Positions 16,542-24,577 of a stretch of 36,069 bases of DNA are shown one piece after another. The stretch is from Victivallaceae bacterium. Its GTDB lineage: Bacteria; Verrucomicrobiota; Lentisphaeria; Victivallales; Victivallaceae. The stretch's first letter is position 1. Every line of letters begins with the position of its first letter. The notes under the pieces were generated by a model. That model was given only the letters and a program-made list of their open reading frames with translations. It made no database searches and had not been told where the DNA came from. The DNA lies in contig JAZQYS010000216.1 in NCBI GenBank assembly GCA_045633645.1, positions 1-36,069 of the forward strand, read 5' to 3'. Made by a program: the position numbers and the translations under genes.

Positions 16542-18902
16542 ATGGATAACATTTTTGAGGAAATGAAGCAGGTGTTTCAGAATTTCCGCTGGATCGATGA
16601 CATTCCGGAAGATCAGGTTCGGCGGGATGAAATCTGTATGGAAGCAAAAGCAGCTTTGCTGATTGAAGCAAATTGCACAAGTGAGCGTTTCCCGGCATTC
16701 ATCAGATTGGCTGAACAGGCACCAGGAGAAAAATGTTATTTGTTACCGGATGTTGTTTCAATAAGAGACTACGCAAGTTGTTATAACAGTAACATAATGG
16801 CAACTGTCACATGTGAGGCGTTTGAAGTTGGCAAGGTAAACCAGCAAGGTAAATATTGGAACATTGCAACCGTACTTAATCAAAACGCATTGACATGGGC
16901 TGGTCCCAGACATTCTGTAAAATTGGATTATCCTCTCCCTGAGAATGACTCTGTCCGTAATTTTTCTAATGAGATTACAAAGGCGTTTTATCAGAAATAT
17001 CCGACATTGTATTCCATTTGCAAAGGCTTGACTCCTTACAGTACCCCGGAACAAATATGCCGTTACTGGGGCGCTGCATCTACTCCGTGGAGTAAAATCA
17101 AACCACGCAATATGTTTCCTGACTACATTTGGGGAAGTTCCAATCTGAGCCAAAGTGAAAAAATGGGAAACTGGACTGATGCCAGATTGGAGCAGTGTGC
17201 ATTTCGTTCCCTGATTCCCTGCCAGCATGCAGAACAACCGGATTTCAAATTGCCCAACCGCTATTATGAGAATTGGTATTGTCATGTATTCCCGTTCCGC
17301 AATCAATACGGCGAAACAATTATGAATGTGATTAAGGTCTATGATCCGGAAAGTCAATGCAAGATTCTCCTGCCGCTGACGACCTGGCTTCGCACTAACT
17401 CTACCCGAAATCAACTTTTCTGTGTTACATATCCTGAAGATAAAACACCGCTTTACAATCTGGATTTAATTCTTAATCCGGAATGCAAAACGGTCATTTT
17501 GTGTGACAGTATCGAACTGGCTGATGCCAATCAGCGTGCTGTTGATACCCGGGAAATCGTTTTTACCAGTTTTATTTGCTCTCCGGGAAAATATGACCAA
17601 GTTGATTGGACTCCGTTGCAGGATAAAGAGCTGTTTGTGCTGGTTTCAAACCATTCCGGTATAAGTTTGGAATCTGCGACATTGAAAACTCGGGAACTGA
17701 TGGGATTCTTATCGGAGAACACCGATCTGCAAGCTGAACGACTGCTGGTTATGCCTGTTGAATATGAAACCAGAAGAATGCGCGGCTTTGAGCACGTCGA
17801 TGATATATTGAAAATGTATGGAAACTATCCTCCGCAGAGTGATCCTTATGAATTTCTGATTTTAACAAGTGAAAACGAAATAGAAGAATTTTTCCTGAAA
17901 GCAGAAGAAAAAATAAACAAGCGGCCTGAAAAATGGTGGCTGAAACCGGAGATACCTCAGGAAGAAAAACGCGTTGCAGAAAAGGTAAACAATAAGCCAC
18001 AACCGATTGATTTTATCATGAGACCTCTTTTGATTCGAGGTGAGGCAACTTTGATGTATGCAAAAAAATCTGTCGGAAAAAGTTCTCTGGCATACAGTAT
18101 TGCAGCCAGAGTCGCCGCTTCCGGATTTTCCTCATCACCTGTACCGTTATTGAAAGGAAAGTGGTGGTCGGTTCCTGCCCGTAAACACAAGGTACTTTAT
18201 CTTGATTTTGAGAATATGGGGGCTATGAAATCGAAACAAGAGATGTTTCAGTCAGGCTATATTCCTGCTAAAAATTCTGACAAATGTACAGCAAATCTGA
18301 TCATGGAAGATGTTTCAGAGTATAGTATTGATTTTTCATTGCCGGAAAATCATCAGAAAATTCTGGACATGATCGAAAATGCAAAAAATAACAGAGGCAC
18401 CCCCGGAAAGGCTGTTGATTTATTAGTCATTGATACTTATACCGGTTTGATCCGTACAGAAACTCCGGCAACTCCGGCAAACTTCAAAGAACTCATTGAC
18501 AAAATCAGAAAAATGGGGATAGCCATATTGATTACTCACCATGCAAATTCAGAAAATGAATTGCGGGGCTTACAGAGTAAATTGGATAAAGTTGCATTGA
18601 CGATTAAACTCAGCCGCAATGAGGAGGAGGAAGACGGCAATTTAGATGAACAGCCGTGTATCATAGAATACGAATACCCGAGATATCCCATGTGCGCAAA
18701 GTTGCGAAAGCCATTTGAAATCATCTTTGACAGTAAGAAAAAACAATGGAAGTTAAAAGATGCAAATCACGATGAAAATGCCGAACTTTTTTTGATTTCT
18801 CAAGACTTCAAAGGGTTGAAATTTGACCGTGATGCGATTTGCCAAATGGTCGGATTAAAGAAAACTGCGCTTTCAGCGAGACTGAAACCATTTAAAGAAT
18901 AA
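16542..18902 (+). CDS. RecA-fold P-loop ATPase (AAA_25/RepA-like, primase-helicase-type replication protein) with a large unassigned N-terminal region and a C-terminal HTH-like tail
   Basis: GAGGT RBS. Walker A AKKSVGKS (nt 18060-18083), Walker B LLVIDT (nt 18420-18437), ILITHHANS sensor-like block, C-terminal ICQMVGLKKTALSARLK. aa 1-315 carry no motif I recognise. aa 316-375 are only loosely Toprim-like (E present, no DxD). Confidence 0.6.
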   Translation: MDNIFEEMKQVFQNFRWIDDIPEDQVRRDEICMEAKAALLIEANCTSERFPAFIRLAEQAPGEKCYLLPDVVSIRDYASCYNSNIMATVTCEAFEVGKVNQQGKYWNIATVLNQNALTWAGPRHSVKLDYPLPENDSVRNFSNEITKAFYQKYPTLYSICKGLTPYSTPEQICRYWGAASTPWSKIKPRNMFPDYIWGSSNLSQSEKMGNWTDARLEQCAFRSLIPCQHAEQPDFKLPNRYYENWYCHVFPFRNQYGETIMNVIKVYDPESQCKILLPLTTWLRTNSTRNQLFCVTYPEDKTPLYNLDLILNPECKTVILCDSIELADANQRAVDTREIVFTSFICSPGKYDQVDWTPLQDKELFVLVSNHSGISLESATLKTRELMGFLSENTDLQAERLLVMPVEYETRRMRGFEHVDDILKMYGNYPPQSDPYEFLILTSENEIEEFFLKAEEKINKRPEKWWLKPEIPQEEKRVAEKVNNKPQPIDFIMRPLLIRGEATLMYAKKSVGKSSLAYSIAARVAASGFSSSPVPLLKGKWWSVPARKHKVLYLDFENMGAMKSKQEMFQSGYIPAKNSDKCTANLIMEDVSEYSIDFSLPENHQKILDMIENAKNNRGTPGKAVDLLVIDTYTGLIRTETPATPANFKELIDKIRKMGIAILITHHANSENELRGLQSKLDKVALTIKLSRNEEEEDGNLDEQPCIIEYEYPRYPMCAKLRKPFEIIFDSKKKQWKLKDANHDENAELFLISQDFKGLKFDRDAICQMVGLKKTALSARLKPFKE

Positions 18903-18923
18903 AAGCGAGCCTTATAAAAGCAT

Positions 18924-18959
18924 ACCGGCACTTCTCCCAGCGAGAGGTGCCGGTTTTTA
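18924..18959. terminator. bidirectional Rho-independent terminator between convergent element genes
   Basis: Stem ACCGGCACTTCTC / GAGAGGTGCCGGT (13 bp with one G-U), loop CCAGC, followed by TTTTT on the plus strand. The minus-strand reading is also followed by a T-rich run. Confidence 0.75.
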
Positions 18960-18961
18960 TA

Positions 18962-20284
18962 TCATTTTTCCAAGATTGCTTTTACCTGAGCCAGAACTTC
19001 ATTGCTTGAAGCTGTGGAACTGTTGATAAGAGCCAATGCTTCATCAATTTTTCTTTGGGCTGCGTTGGCAGGTGCCGTACCGGAAATTGCTGCAATCGCC
19101 TGTCTCTGTGCTTCATCGCCTACATGTGTATAATATTTGGTAATGATTTCGGAGTCAGCCCCCAAAATAGAAACAACCGTTGCCTGCGGAACTCCGGCTT
19201 CTGCACAATACGACGCAAAAGAATGGCGTAAAGAGTGGAACCCGTAAACAGTGACTTTTTTATCTCTGCCGGGAACAGTAACTGACGGTTCCAAACCGAT
19301 CCAGCGGATTACCCGCAGAAGATCTATATTTACGAGGTTATTGCCCACATTTTTCCCTATGGCGTTGGTTTTATTATAACGGGACGCAACATTGGGACAG
19401 ACATAATCAATATCTCCTGTTTTCCATTTCAGCGCCTCAAGCAGCACTTGGCGTAATTTTGGGGCAATCGGAAGAGTAACCTCTTTACCGGTTTTGAATT
19501 GTTTGACCCAGATACGGTCTATTTCCAGATTGATTTTGCTCCAGCGCAGCAGAACACAATCTTTCAACCGTTGCCCGGTATACATACCCAGATAATAAAT
19601 AACCTTGATTTCCCCTTTGTTCATGACTTTGAATTTGTCATCATCAAGAACATCCCGCAACTGCTGTTCCTGTTCTCTGGTAAAAGATAAACGATGAACA
19701 TCCTGCTCCCGTTCTTCGCGCTCTTTACGCAGCAGTACCGCAGATTGAAAGGGATTATCCTCGCCGCAGTATTCCGATAAAACTTTAAAAACGCGTCTGA
19801 TGCGTTTTATTTTGCGGTTATGCGTAGAAACCGCGATATTCAGCTGACGCATATAGTCAGCGTATTGTATGGCGACCTCTTCAGAAATATCACGCATTAC
19901 AGCGGCTGGATTATTAACCCATGCCACGAATTCCGCAAAGGTCGCCTTGTAAGCCAATGCTTCACTTACAGTATCCGGGTTTGCCCTGTCAGGACTTTTT
20001 TCATATTCTGCCCATGCTTGAGAGAGCAGCATATTTTTTTCCGGAGTGATCAGATTGCGGGCGTGCTGAACGTGGGCAGCAATGACTTCTGATGAGGTTG
20101 CCTGAATAAGCGGCACATACTTTTCAGCCTCTTTGAGAGCCTGCTGCTTGTTGCGGGTCCCCAAACTGACTGCCTTACGCTTACCATTGACTTGATAGCG
20201 GAAGTAGTAGATCCCGTTTTCTTCTTTTTGATAAACGGTTCCAACCTTGAGTTTGATTTTGTGGATTGCCATATCTTTTTCCAT
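18962..20284 (-). CDS. int: tyrosine recombinase / phage-type integrase
   Basis: Catalytic blocks TGQRLKD (Arg), HSLRHSFASY (HxxR) and ITKYYTH (Tyr), with an N-terminal arm-binding-like beta region IYYFRYQVNGKRKAVSLGT. The ORF-track start at 20341 is a TTG inside a hairpin, so ATG 20284 (or 20272) is preferred. Confidence 0.85.
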   Translation of the reverse strand: MEKDMAIHKIKLKVGTVYQKEENGIYYFRYQVNGKRKAVSLGTRNKQQALKEAEKYVPLIQATSSEVIAAHVQHARNLITPEKNMLLSQAWAEYEKSPDRANPDTVSEALAYKATFAEFVAWVNNPAAVMRDISEEVAIQYADYMRQLNIAVSTHNRKIKRIRRVFKVLSEYCGEDNPFQSAVLLRKEREEREQDVHRLSFTREQEQQLRDVLDDDKFKVMNKGEIKVIYYLGMYTGQRLKDCVLLRWSKINLEIDRIWVKQFKTGKEVTLPIAPKLRQVLLEALKWKTGDIDYVCPNVASRYNKTNAIGKNVGNNLVNIDLLRVIRWIGLEPSVTVPGRDKKVTVYGFHSLRHSFASYCAEAGVPQATVVSILGADSEIITKYYTHVGDEAQRQAIAAISGTAPANAAQRKIDEALALINSSTASSNEVLAQVKAILEK

Positions 20285-20323
20285 AGTCTGTTCCCGGATA
20301 TAGCTGAAAAGTATGCGTTTCAC

Positions 20324-20364
20324 AAAAGATAAAAACCCCAAACGGTACTAAATGGTACTGTTTG
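20324..20364 (-). terminator. hairpin plus T-run downstream of tRNA-Ala (minus strand)
   Basis: Arms 20339-20348 (CAAACGGTAC) and 20355-20364 (GTACTGTTTG) form 10 bp with one G-T wobble and a 6-nt loop. On the minus strand GGGTTTTTATCTTTT follows. Confidence 0.5.
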
Positions 20365-20372
20365 AGGCAAAA

Positions 20373-20385
20373 CAAGCAATAAAAT
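20373..20385 (+). repeat. 13-bp direct repeat CAAGCAATAAAAT, right copy (candidate attR core), abutting the tRNA-Ala 3' end
   Basis: Identical to 16507-16519. Its last base is the first base of the tRNA CCA end on the opposite strand. Confidence 0.45.
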
Positions 20386-20461
20386 GGTGGAGCTGGTGGG
20401 AGTCGAACCCATGACCTATACGATGCGAACGTATCGCTCTAGCCAACTGAGCTACAGCCCC
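20385..20461 (-). tRNA. tRNA-Ala (anticodon CGC), CCA encoded
   Basis: The reverse complement reads GGGGCTGTAGCTCAGTTGGCTAGAGCGATACGTTCGCATCGTATAGGTCATGGGTTCGACTCCCACCAGCTCCACCA. It folds as a cloverleaf with the G3:U70 Ala identity pair, anticodon loop TTCGCAT and T-loop GGTTCGA. Confidence 0.92.
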
Positions 20462-20475
20462 AAATCATTTCTTAT

Positions 20476-20503
20476 AATATAGCAGTGTTTTTTAACTTGT
20501 CAA
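20476..20503 (-). promoter_or_regulatory. candidate promoter of tRNA-Ala
   Basis: Minus strand: TTGACA (20498-20503), 16-nt spacer, TATATT (20476-20481), ~15 nt before the mature tRNA 5' end. Confidence 0.45.
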
Positions 20504-20530
20504 GTCTTTTAATACCTTTTTGAAAAAATT

Positions 20531-21460
20531 TCAATTGCCTGAAGCTATTCCAAAGGGTACATGCACTGAGGGCGTGAATTTCTGCGCCGCTGCCAGATGC
20601 GGATCCTGCTGGTCGTCAAAGAATATATGCGGCTGCAAGGTTTCAAGAATACGCCCCTTATCCATGCCGCCTAAAAAATGTGTTTCATCAACAGTGATAT
20701 TCCAATGCCGCAGGGTGTGGATCACACGGCGGTGTCCGGGCGCACTCCGCGCGGTGATGATCGCCGTTTGCAGAAAACGTTTATATGCGGGATCTGCTTC
20801 TTCCCGCTCATCTTCAAGTCTCCGCAAATTGCCCAGTTTGCGGAAAAGATCTCCCAACGGTCCCGGAGATATCGCATTTTCGGCATTGGCTGTCTCTGAC
20901 GCATAAAAAGCCTGTATTCCATGTGCCTGAAAAATCTTTTCGGCACTGTCATCGGCAATCACACCGTCAAAGTCAAAGGCAACACGCAATCCGGTGTCGT
21001 CCGTATCGTCTTTTGAAACGCTCGGCAGAACCAGTCCCGCCGGATAGCCGTTGCTGATGGCCTCGGTCACATCGCTTTTATTCCCTGAAAGAAACAGCGA
21101 AACGTTGTACGCCGGAATATAGCGGAACGGAGAATTTCCGCGCGTAAATGCAGCTCGGATAATCCCGAGCTTGTAATGCTCAATGGAATTGAACACCCTC
21201 ATTCCCGTATCGGAATCATTCCGCGAAAGCAGAACCACCTCCACCGGCTGACGTTCCGGAAATACCGTATTCAACTCCAGAAAGCGGCGGACAAAAGGAA
21301 AAGCAATTCCCGGAGCAAGAATATTATTTTCGTGTTCCCGCTGATAATTGCGGTAAGCCCGCACACCCTCTTTTCTGAAAACAGTATCCGCTTCATCCAG
21401 AGCAAACAGCGCACTTGAAGCAACAGCAACGACCAGTTTTTCTTCTATCGGATAGGGCAT
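20531..21460 (-). CDS. 5'-nucleotidase (HAD-superfamily, PF06189-like cytosolic 5'-nucleotidase)
   Basis: N-terminal LVVAVASSALFALDEADTVFR...YRNYQREHE, HAD-type DFDGV motif (RVAFDFDGVIADDSAE) and C-terminal FFDDQ. 309 aa. Confidence 0.65.
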   Translation of the reverse strand: MPYPIEEKLVVAVASSALFALDEADTVFRKEGVRAYRNYQREHENNILAPGIAFPFVRRFLELNTVFPERQPVEVVLLSRNDSDTGMRVFNSIEHYKLGIIRAAFTRGNSPFRYIPAYNVSLFLSGNKSDVTEAISNGYPAGLVLPSVSKDDTDDTGLRVAFDFDGVIADDSAEKIFQAHGIQAFYASETANAENAISPGPLGDLFRKLGNLRRLEDEREEADPAYKRFLQTAIITARSAPGHRRVIHTLRHWNITVDETHFLGGMDKGRILETLQPHIFFDDQQDPHLAAAQKFTPSVHVPFGIASGN

Positions 21461-21539
21461 ACTTCACCTTGTTAAACAGTTTTTGACTTTTGTTTACTAT
21501 ACTTTACATATCCGTTTTTTGCAAACGGTAAAGTGCTTT

Positions 21540-22166
21540 TCAATACTCCACCGGGGGCAGTCCTTTAAAAGTGCGGACGGCGCTGCCGCGTTCAAGGTGG
21601 TAGTGATCCAGCCACATGGATTCTTTTTCAGCTGCCTGACGGCGTGCGGAAATCAAGTTGAGTTTTTCCTGAATACGCAAAATTGCCAGTGCTTTGTTGC
21701 GGCTCTGGGAACGTTCTTCGCTTGCAACGGCTTCGGTTTTGCTCGGCAGGTGAATGACACGGACTGCGGTATCAGTGGTATTGACATGCTGTCCGCCGTT
21801 TCCTGAAGCACGGCAGGTCTCAATTTTTAAATCACTTAACTTGAAACTGCCGCAATCATTGGCTTCAAACTCAAAAAAAGTCACCTTGACGAACCAGTTT
21901 TTACGCGGCCAGTGCGGACGGATTGTGCTTTGCCAGATCCATTTGACTGTTCCCTCCCAGCGTTGGCGGAAAAGAGGGAGATTTTCTCCCTCAACGGCAA
22001 AACGCAAAGAGGCACTTCCACGTTCTCTTCCGGGAACATCGGACAAAAGATTGCAGCGCAAATTACTCTGTTCCGCCTCGCGGCAGATGATTTCTCCCAG
22101 AAGCGGAACAAATTTGCGGCACTCTTCAGGTCCCTGCCCTGAACTTATCTGTAATATAACAGGCAT
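21540..22166 (-). CDS. prfH: peptide chain release factor H (RF-H)
   Basis: ~208 aa, a truncated class-I RF lacking the codon-recognition domain. GGQ motif in [22 protein letters not shown]. It lies 9 nt downstream of an rtcB-type gene. Confidence 0.85.
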   Translation of the reverse strand: MPVILQISSGQGPEECRKFVPLLGEIICREAEQSNLRCNLLSDVPGRERGSASLRFAVEGENLPLFRQRWEGTVKWIWQSTIRPHWPRKNWFVKVTFFEFEANDCGSFKLSDLKIETCRASGNGGQHVNTTDTAVRVIHLPSKTEAVASEERSQSRNKALAILRIQEKLNLISARRQAAEKESMWLDHYHLERGSAVRTFKGLPPVEY

Positions 22167-22175
22167 ACAAATTCC

Positions 22176-23279
22176 TTACGGTTTGATATTGACAATCGGA
22201 CGGAGTTCGGCAAGAGGAACTGCCAAATTGAAACTCTGCAAATCGGCAATGACGGTACTGACATCTTTGTACGCCTCAGGCGCTTCTTCATAGAGCAGAT
22301 CCTTGTCGGGACAGATGACGGCTGAACCGGCTTTGGTTTTCAAAAGCTGCTGAATGTCATCGTATTTGGCGCGGACTCTGTCCCGGGTGCTTTGCCGGTT
22401 CCACTTGCGTCCCGCCCCGTGTGCGATGGAGTAAATGTTTTCCTCACCGTCACCTGTCGGCGCAACGAGATAACTGTACGTTCCCCGTGAGCCTGCCACA
22501 ATGACGGGAGTTCCGGACTCCACATTGCTTGCGCCCTTGCGGTGGATAAACCTCTTTTCGCCAAACGGAGTAATGCTGTTATGGGTTGCATTGAGAATTT
22601 CAGATAATCCGCAGGCAGCCATTTCTCCCAACGCCCTGCCGATCAGACGGCGGTTGAATGAAGCCCATTGAATAAGTTCGGCGTGGTCTTCAAGGTAACT
22701 TTTTCCGTCAGGACTGTCAAACGGCAGTCCTTTATCACCGTGAACGGCGGCAATGGCACGCCAGAGCATTTCGCCGTAACAGCGGGAACCTGCGTGAATC
22801 AGCAGAAGAACATCATTTTTGTTGATATTCAACGCTTCACACTTTTCTCTGTCAATGACCTTATCCACGGCGAGAAACTCGACAAAATGGTTGCCGTGTC
22901 CGAGAGTGCCAAGCATATTTTCAGGATCTTCAACCGTTTGAGTCATGGATTCAAGGATTCTGCTGCTTGCCGTTTTAAGGGCATTTTCAGGCTCGTTTCC
23001 AAGTCGGCGGAAAAGTTTGTCTTTTTTGAATTTGTGTTCTTTGATACCGGTGGAAAAAAGTGTCATACCGCAGCCGATATCATTGCCGATTAAAGCGGGA
23101 TAAATGATATTTTCAGAAAGAAACGCAGCACCGACCGGCACACCTCTGCCGGGATGCAGATCAGGGAAAGCCGCTCCCTGCACGATGCCGGGAAAAGTCA
23201 TCACCCGTTTGAACTGCTCCACCGCAGGACCCTCAAGCCAGGTCTTCTGCCCGCAGAAAATTTTGGATTTTCCAATCAT
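22176..23279 (-). CDS. rtcB: RtcB-family RNA ligase, release factor H-coupled type (RtcB2)
   Basis: Blocks HPGRGVPVG, DIGCGM, LGHGNHFVEF, HAGSRCYG, THNS, HRKGA and AHGAGRKW. Strong RBS GAAGGAGGT at 23287-23295. Confidence 0.9.
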   Translation of the reverse strand: MIGKSKIFCGQKTWLEGPAVEQFKRVMTFPGIVQGAAFPDLHPGRGVPVGAAFLSENIIYPALIGNDIGCGMTLFSTGIKEHKFKKDKLFRRLGNEPENALKTASSRILESMTQTVEDPENMLGTLGHGNHFVEFLAVDKVIDREKCEALNINKNDVLLLIHAGSRCYGEMLWRAIAAVHGDKGLPFDSPDGKSYLEDHAELIQWASFNRRLIGRALGEMAACGLSEILNATHNSITPFGEKRFIHRKGASNVESGTPVIVAGSRGTYSYLVAPTGDGEENIYSIAHGAGRKWNRQSTRDRVRAKYDDIQQLLKTKAGSAVICPDKDLLYEEAPEAYKDVSTVIADLQSFNLAVPLAELRPIVNIKP

Positions 23280-23318
23280 AAATATACCTCCTTCATATTA
23301 CAGAGGTACAATATAAAT

Positions 23319-23351
23319 CAGCAGGTACGTCAAATGATGTCATACCTGCTG
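23319..23351 (-). terminator. hairpin ending the minus-strand glycan operon
   Basis: CAGCAGGTA (23319-23327) pairs with TACCTGCTG (23343-23351), a 9-bp stem. On the minus strand TGATTTATATT follows. It lies 28 nt past the stop of the last operon gene. Confidence 0.45.
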
Positions 23352-23378
23352 AAAAAATTATGTTTTCTGCTAAAAAAA

Positions 23379-24536
23379 TCAGGCCTGCTGATAATATTCG
23401 TCCGTCACTTTTTTGATCGTATCCAGCATGGCAGTACCGTAGAAGGTATCGGGAATGAGATACATGCCCTCGGTCCACTCGTTCCAGGCGTTGATGATGA
23501 CGGCATCTATATCAAAGGAAAGTGCCTCTTTGAGCATCTGTCCGATACGTTCAGGCGTATTGTTGACCATGACAGGATAGTAGCCCAGTTTTTCGTAATC
23601 CCAGGGATACTGAACCTTGCGGTTCCAGCGCGGCGCAACGTCCAGTCCCAGGGTGATACTCGGCACAAAGGGCAGTCCCTGTTCGGCAATGCGCTCCCAG
23701 CAGTAACGCTGATTTTTCATCATGATTGAATAATCAATCGTCGGTTCTCCCGGATTGACGCACTGTTCGTAATCACTTTTGAGACCGCTGTTGTAGGCAA
23801 AGACGGAATCAAATCCGGCATCGCGCATTTTGGGAATACGTCCCCAGCCGCAGAAGTATTCGTTATCGTTGCAGCAGCCGATGTTCATCAAGGTATAGAT
23901 TCCCGGGAAGCCGTGTTTCTGCGCAACTTCATTGACGATACGCAAAACATCTTCAGGCGGGATGAATTTGAAAAGCGTATTGCAGTTGTAGAAACTGTAA
24001 ACGGGTTTGCCGTCAATTTTCCAGTAATTTTCGCACTTGAAATACTTTTCACAACTGTATTCCATCACGGCGCGCAAATCCTCTTCGGAGTGATGAATCG
24101 GCAGAAAGATTTTGCTGGACTGGTTTTCGTTGCCGTTCATACCGCGGACTTCATTTTCCAGCGCGGGCCAGACACCCCAGTTGTGATTTGCCCACATGAG
24201 AAAGAACTTCAGTCTGTTGCGGTTGGGCGCATTCAAAAAAGCCTCATTGAGCGGCTTATCAAGAAACTCCGTGCCGTCATACCAGAACCAGTCAAACATG
24301 AAGCCGGTAATGCCGTTGTCGGCGGCAAGATCGATCTGTTTTGCCATGTACTCCGGATCGGACTCATCAAAGTATCCCCACAGGGGTTTCTTGGGGTGCT
24401 GATGTCCCGCAAAAAGCGGCTTGGTGGTTTTCAAAAGTTCCCATTCGCAAAATCCTTTACCGTACCATTCGCCGTAATGCCGGTCGGGGTGCCAGCTGGG
24501 AAAGTAAACGGCAAAAACCTCTTTTTTCTGTTTCAT
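23379..24536 (-). CDS. glycoside hydrolase family 99-like / WbsX-like domain protein, copy A
   Basis: N-terminal FAVYFPSWHPDRHYGEWYGKGFCEWELLKTTKPLFAGHQHPKKPLWGYFDESDPEYM resembles the PF14307 (WbsX/GH99-like) signature. AAGGAG RBS. ~80% aa identity to 33666-34820. Confidence 0.7.
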   Translation of the reverse strand: MKQKKEVFAVYFPSWHPDRHYGEWYGKGFCEWELLKTTKPLFAGHQHPKKPLWGYFDESDPEYMAKQIDLAADNGITGFMFDWFWYDGTEFLDKPLNEAFLNAPNRNRLKFFLMWANHNWGVWPALENEVRGMNGNENQSSKIFLPIHHSEEDLRAVMEYSCEKYFKCENYWKIDGKPVYSFYNCNTLFKFIPPEDVLRIVNEVAQKHGFPGIYTLMNIGCCNDNEYFCGWGRIPKMRDAGFDSVFAYNSGLKSDYEQCVNPGEPTIDYSIMMKNQRYCWERIAEQGLPFVPSITLGLDVAPRWNRKVQYPWDYEKLGYYPVMVNNTPERIGQMLKEALSFDIDAVIINAWNEWTEGMYLIPDTFYGTAMLDTIKKVTDEYYQQA

Positions 24537-24577
24537 AAAAAAATCTCCTTTTACACATTTTCCGCAGAAACGGAAAA

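Larger units (their letters stand above)
16507..20385. mobile_element. small (~3.9 kb) integrative element inserted next to the 3' end of tRNA-Ala; encodes an integrase and a replication-type ATPase only
   Basis: A tyrosine integrase lies adjacent to the tRNA 3' end. 13-bp direct repeats flank the segment. Spot counts give a lower G+C (~32-43% per 60-nt line) than the flanking operons (~45-63%). Confidence 0.55.

Noticed and set aside
17487-17666. Calling aa 316-375 of the 786-aa protein a Toprim domain, and hence calling the protein a primase.
   Set aside because: Only a loose hydrophobic-strand plus Glu pattern is present. The conserved DxD metal-binding motif is missing (the sequence is VSNHSG). 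I kept this only as a tentative remark.
20339-20341. TTG start of the longest integrase ORF. Other ORF-track maximal starts considered were GTG 282, 7243, TTG 2948, GTG 13727, GTG 14737 and ATG 34829.
   Set aside because: Each has a downstream ATG with a better-placed purine-rich RBS. The ATG also gives an N-terminus matching the family or paralog: the pseudopilin leader, the HxH start of the amidohydrolase, and the copy A alignment for copy B. The TTG at 20341 lies inside a terminator-like hairpin.
20520-20906. 128-aa plus-strand ORF next to the tRNA promoter region.
   Set aside because: It lies entirely antisense to the 5'-nucleotidase gene. It is Cys/Arg/Ser-rich with no motif, and it overlaps the tRNA promoter on the other strand.
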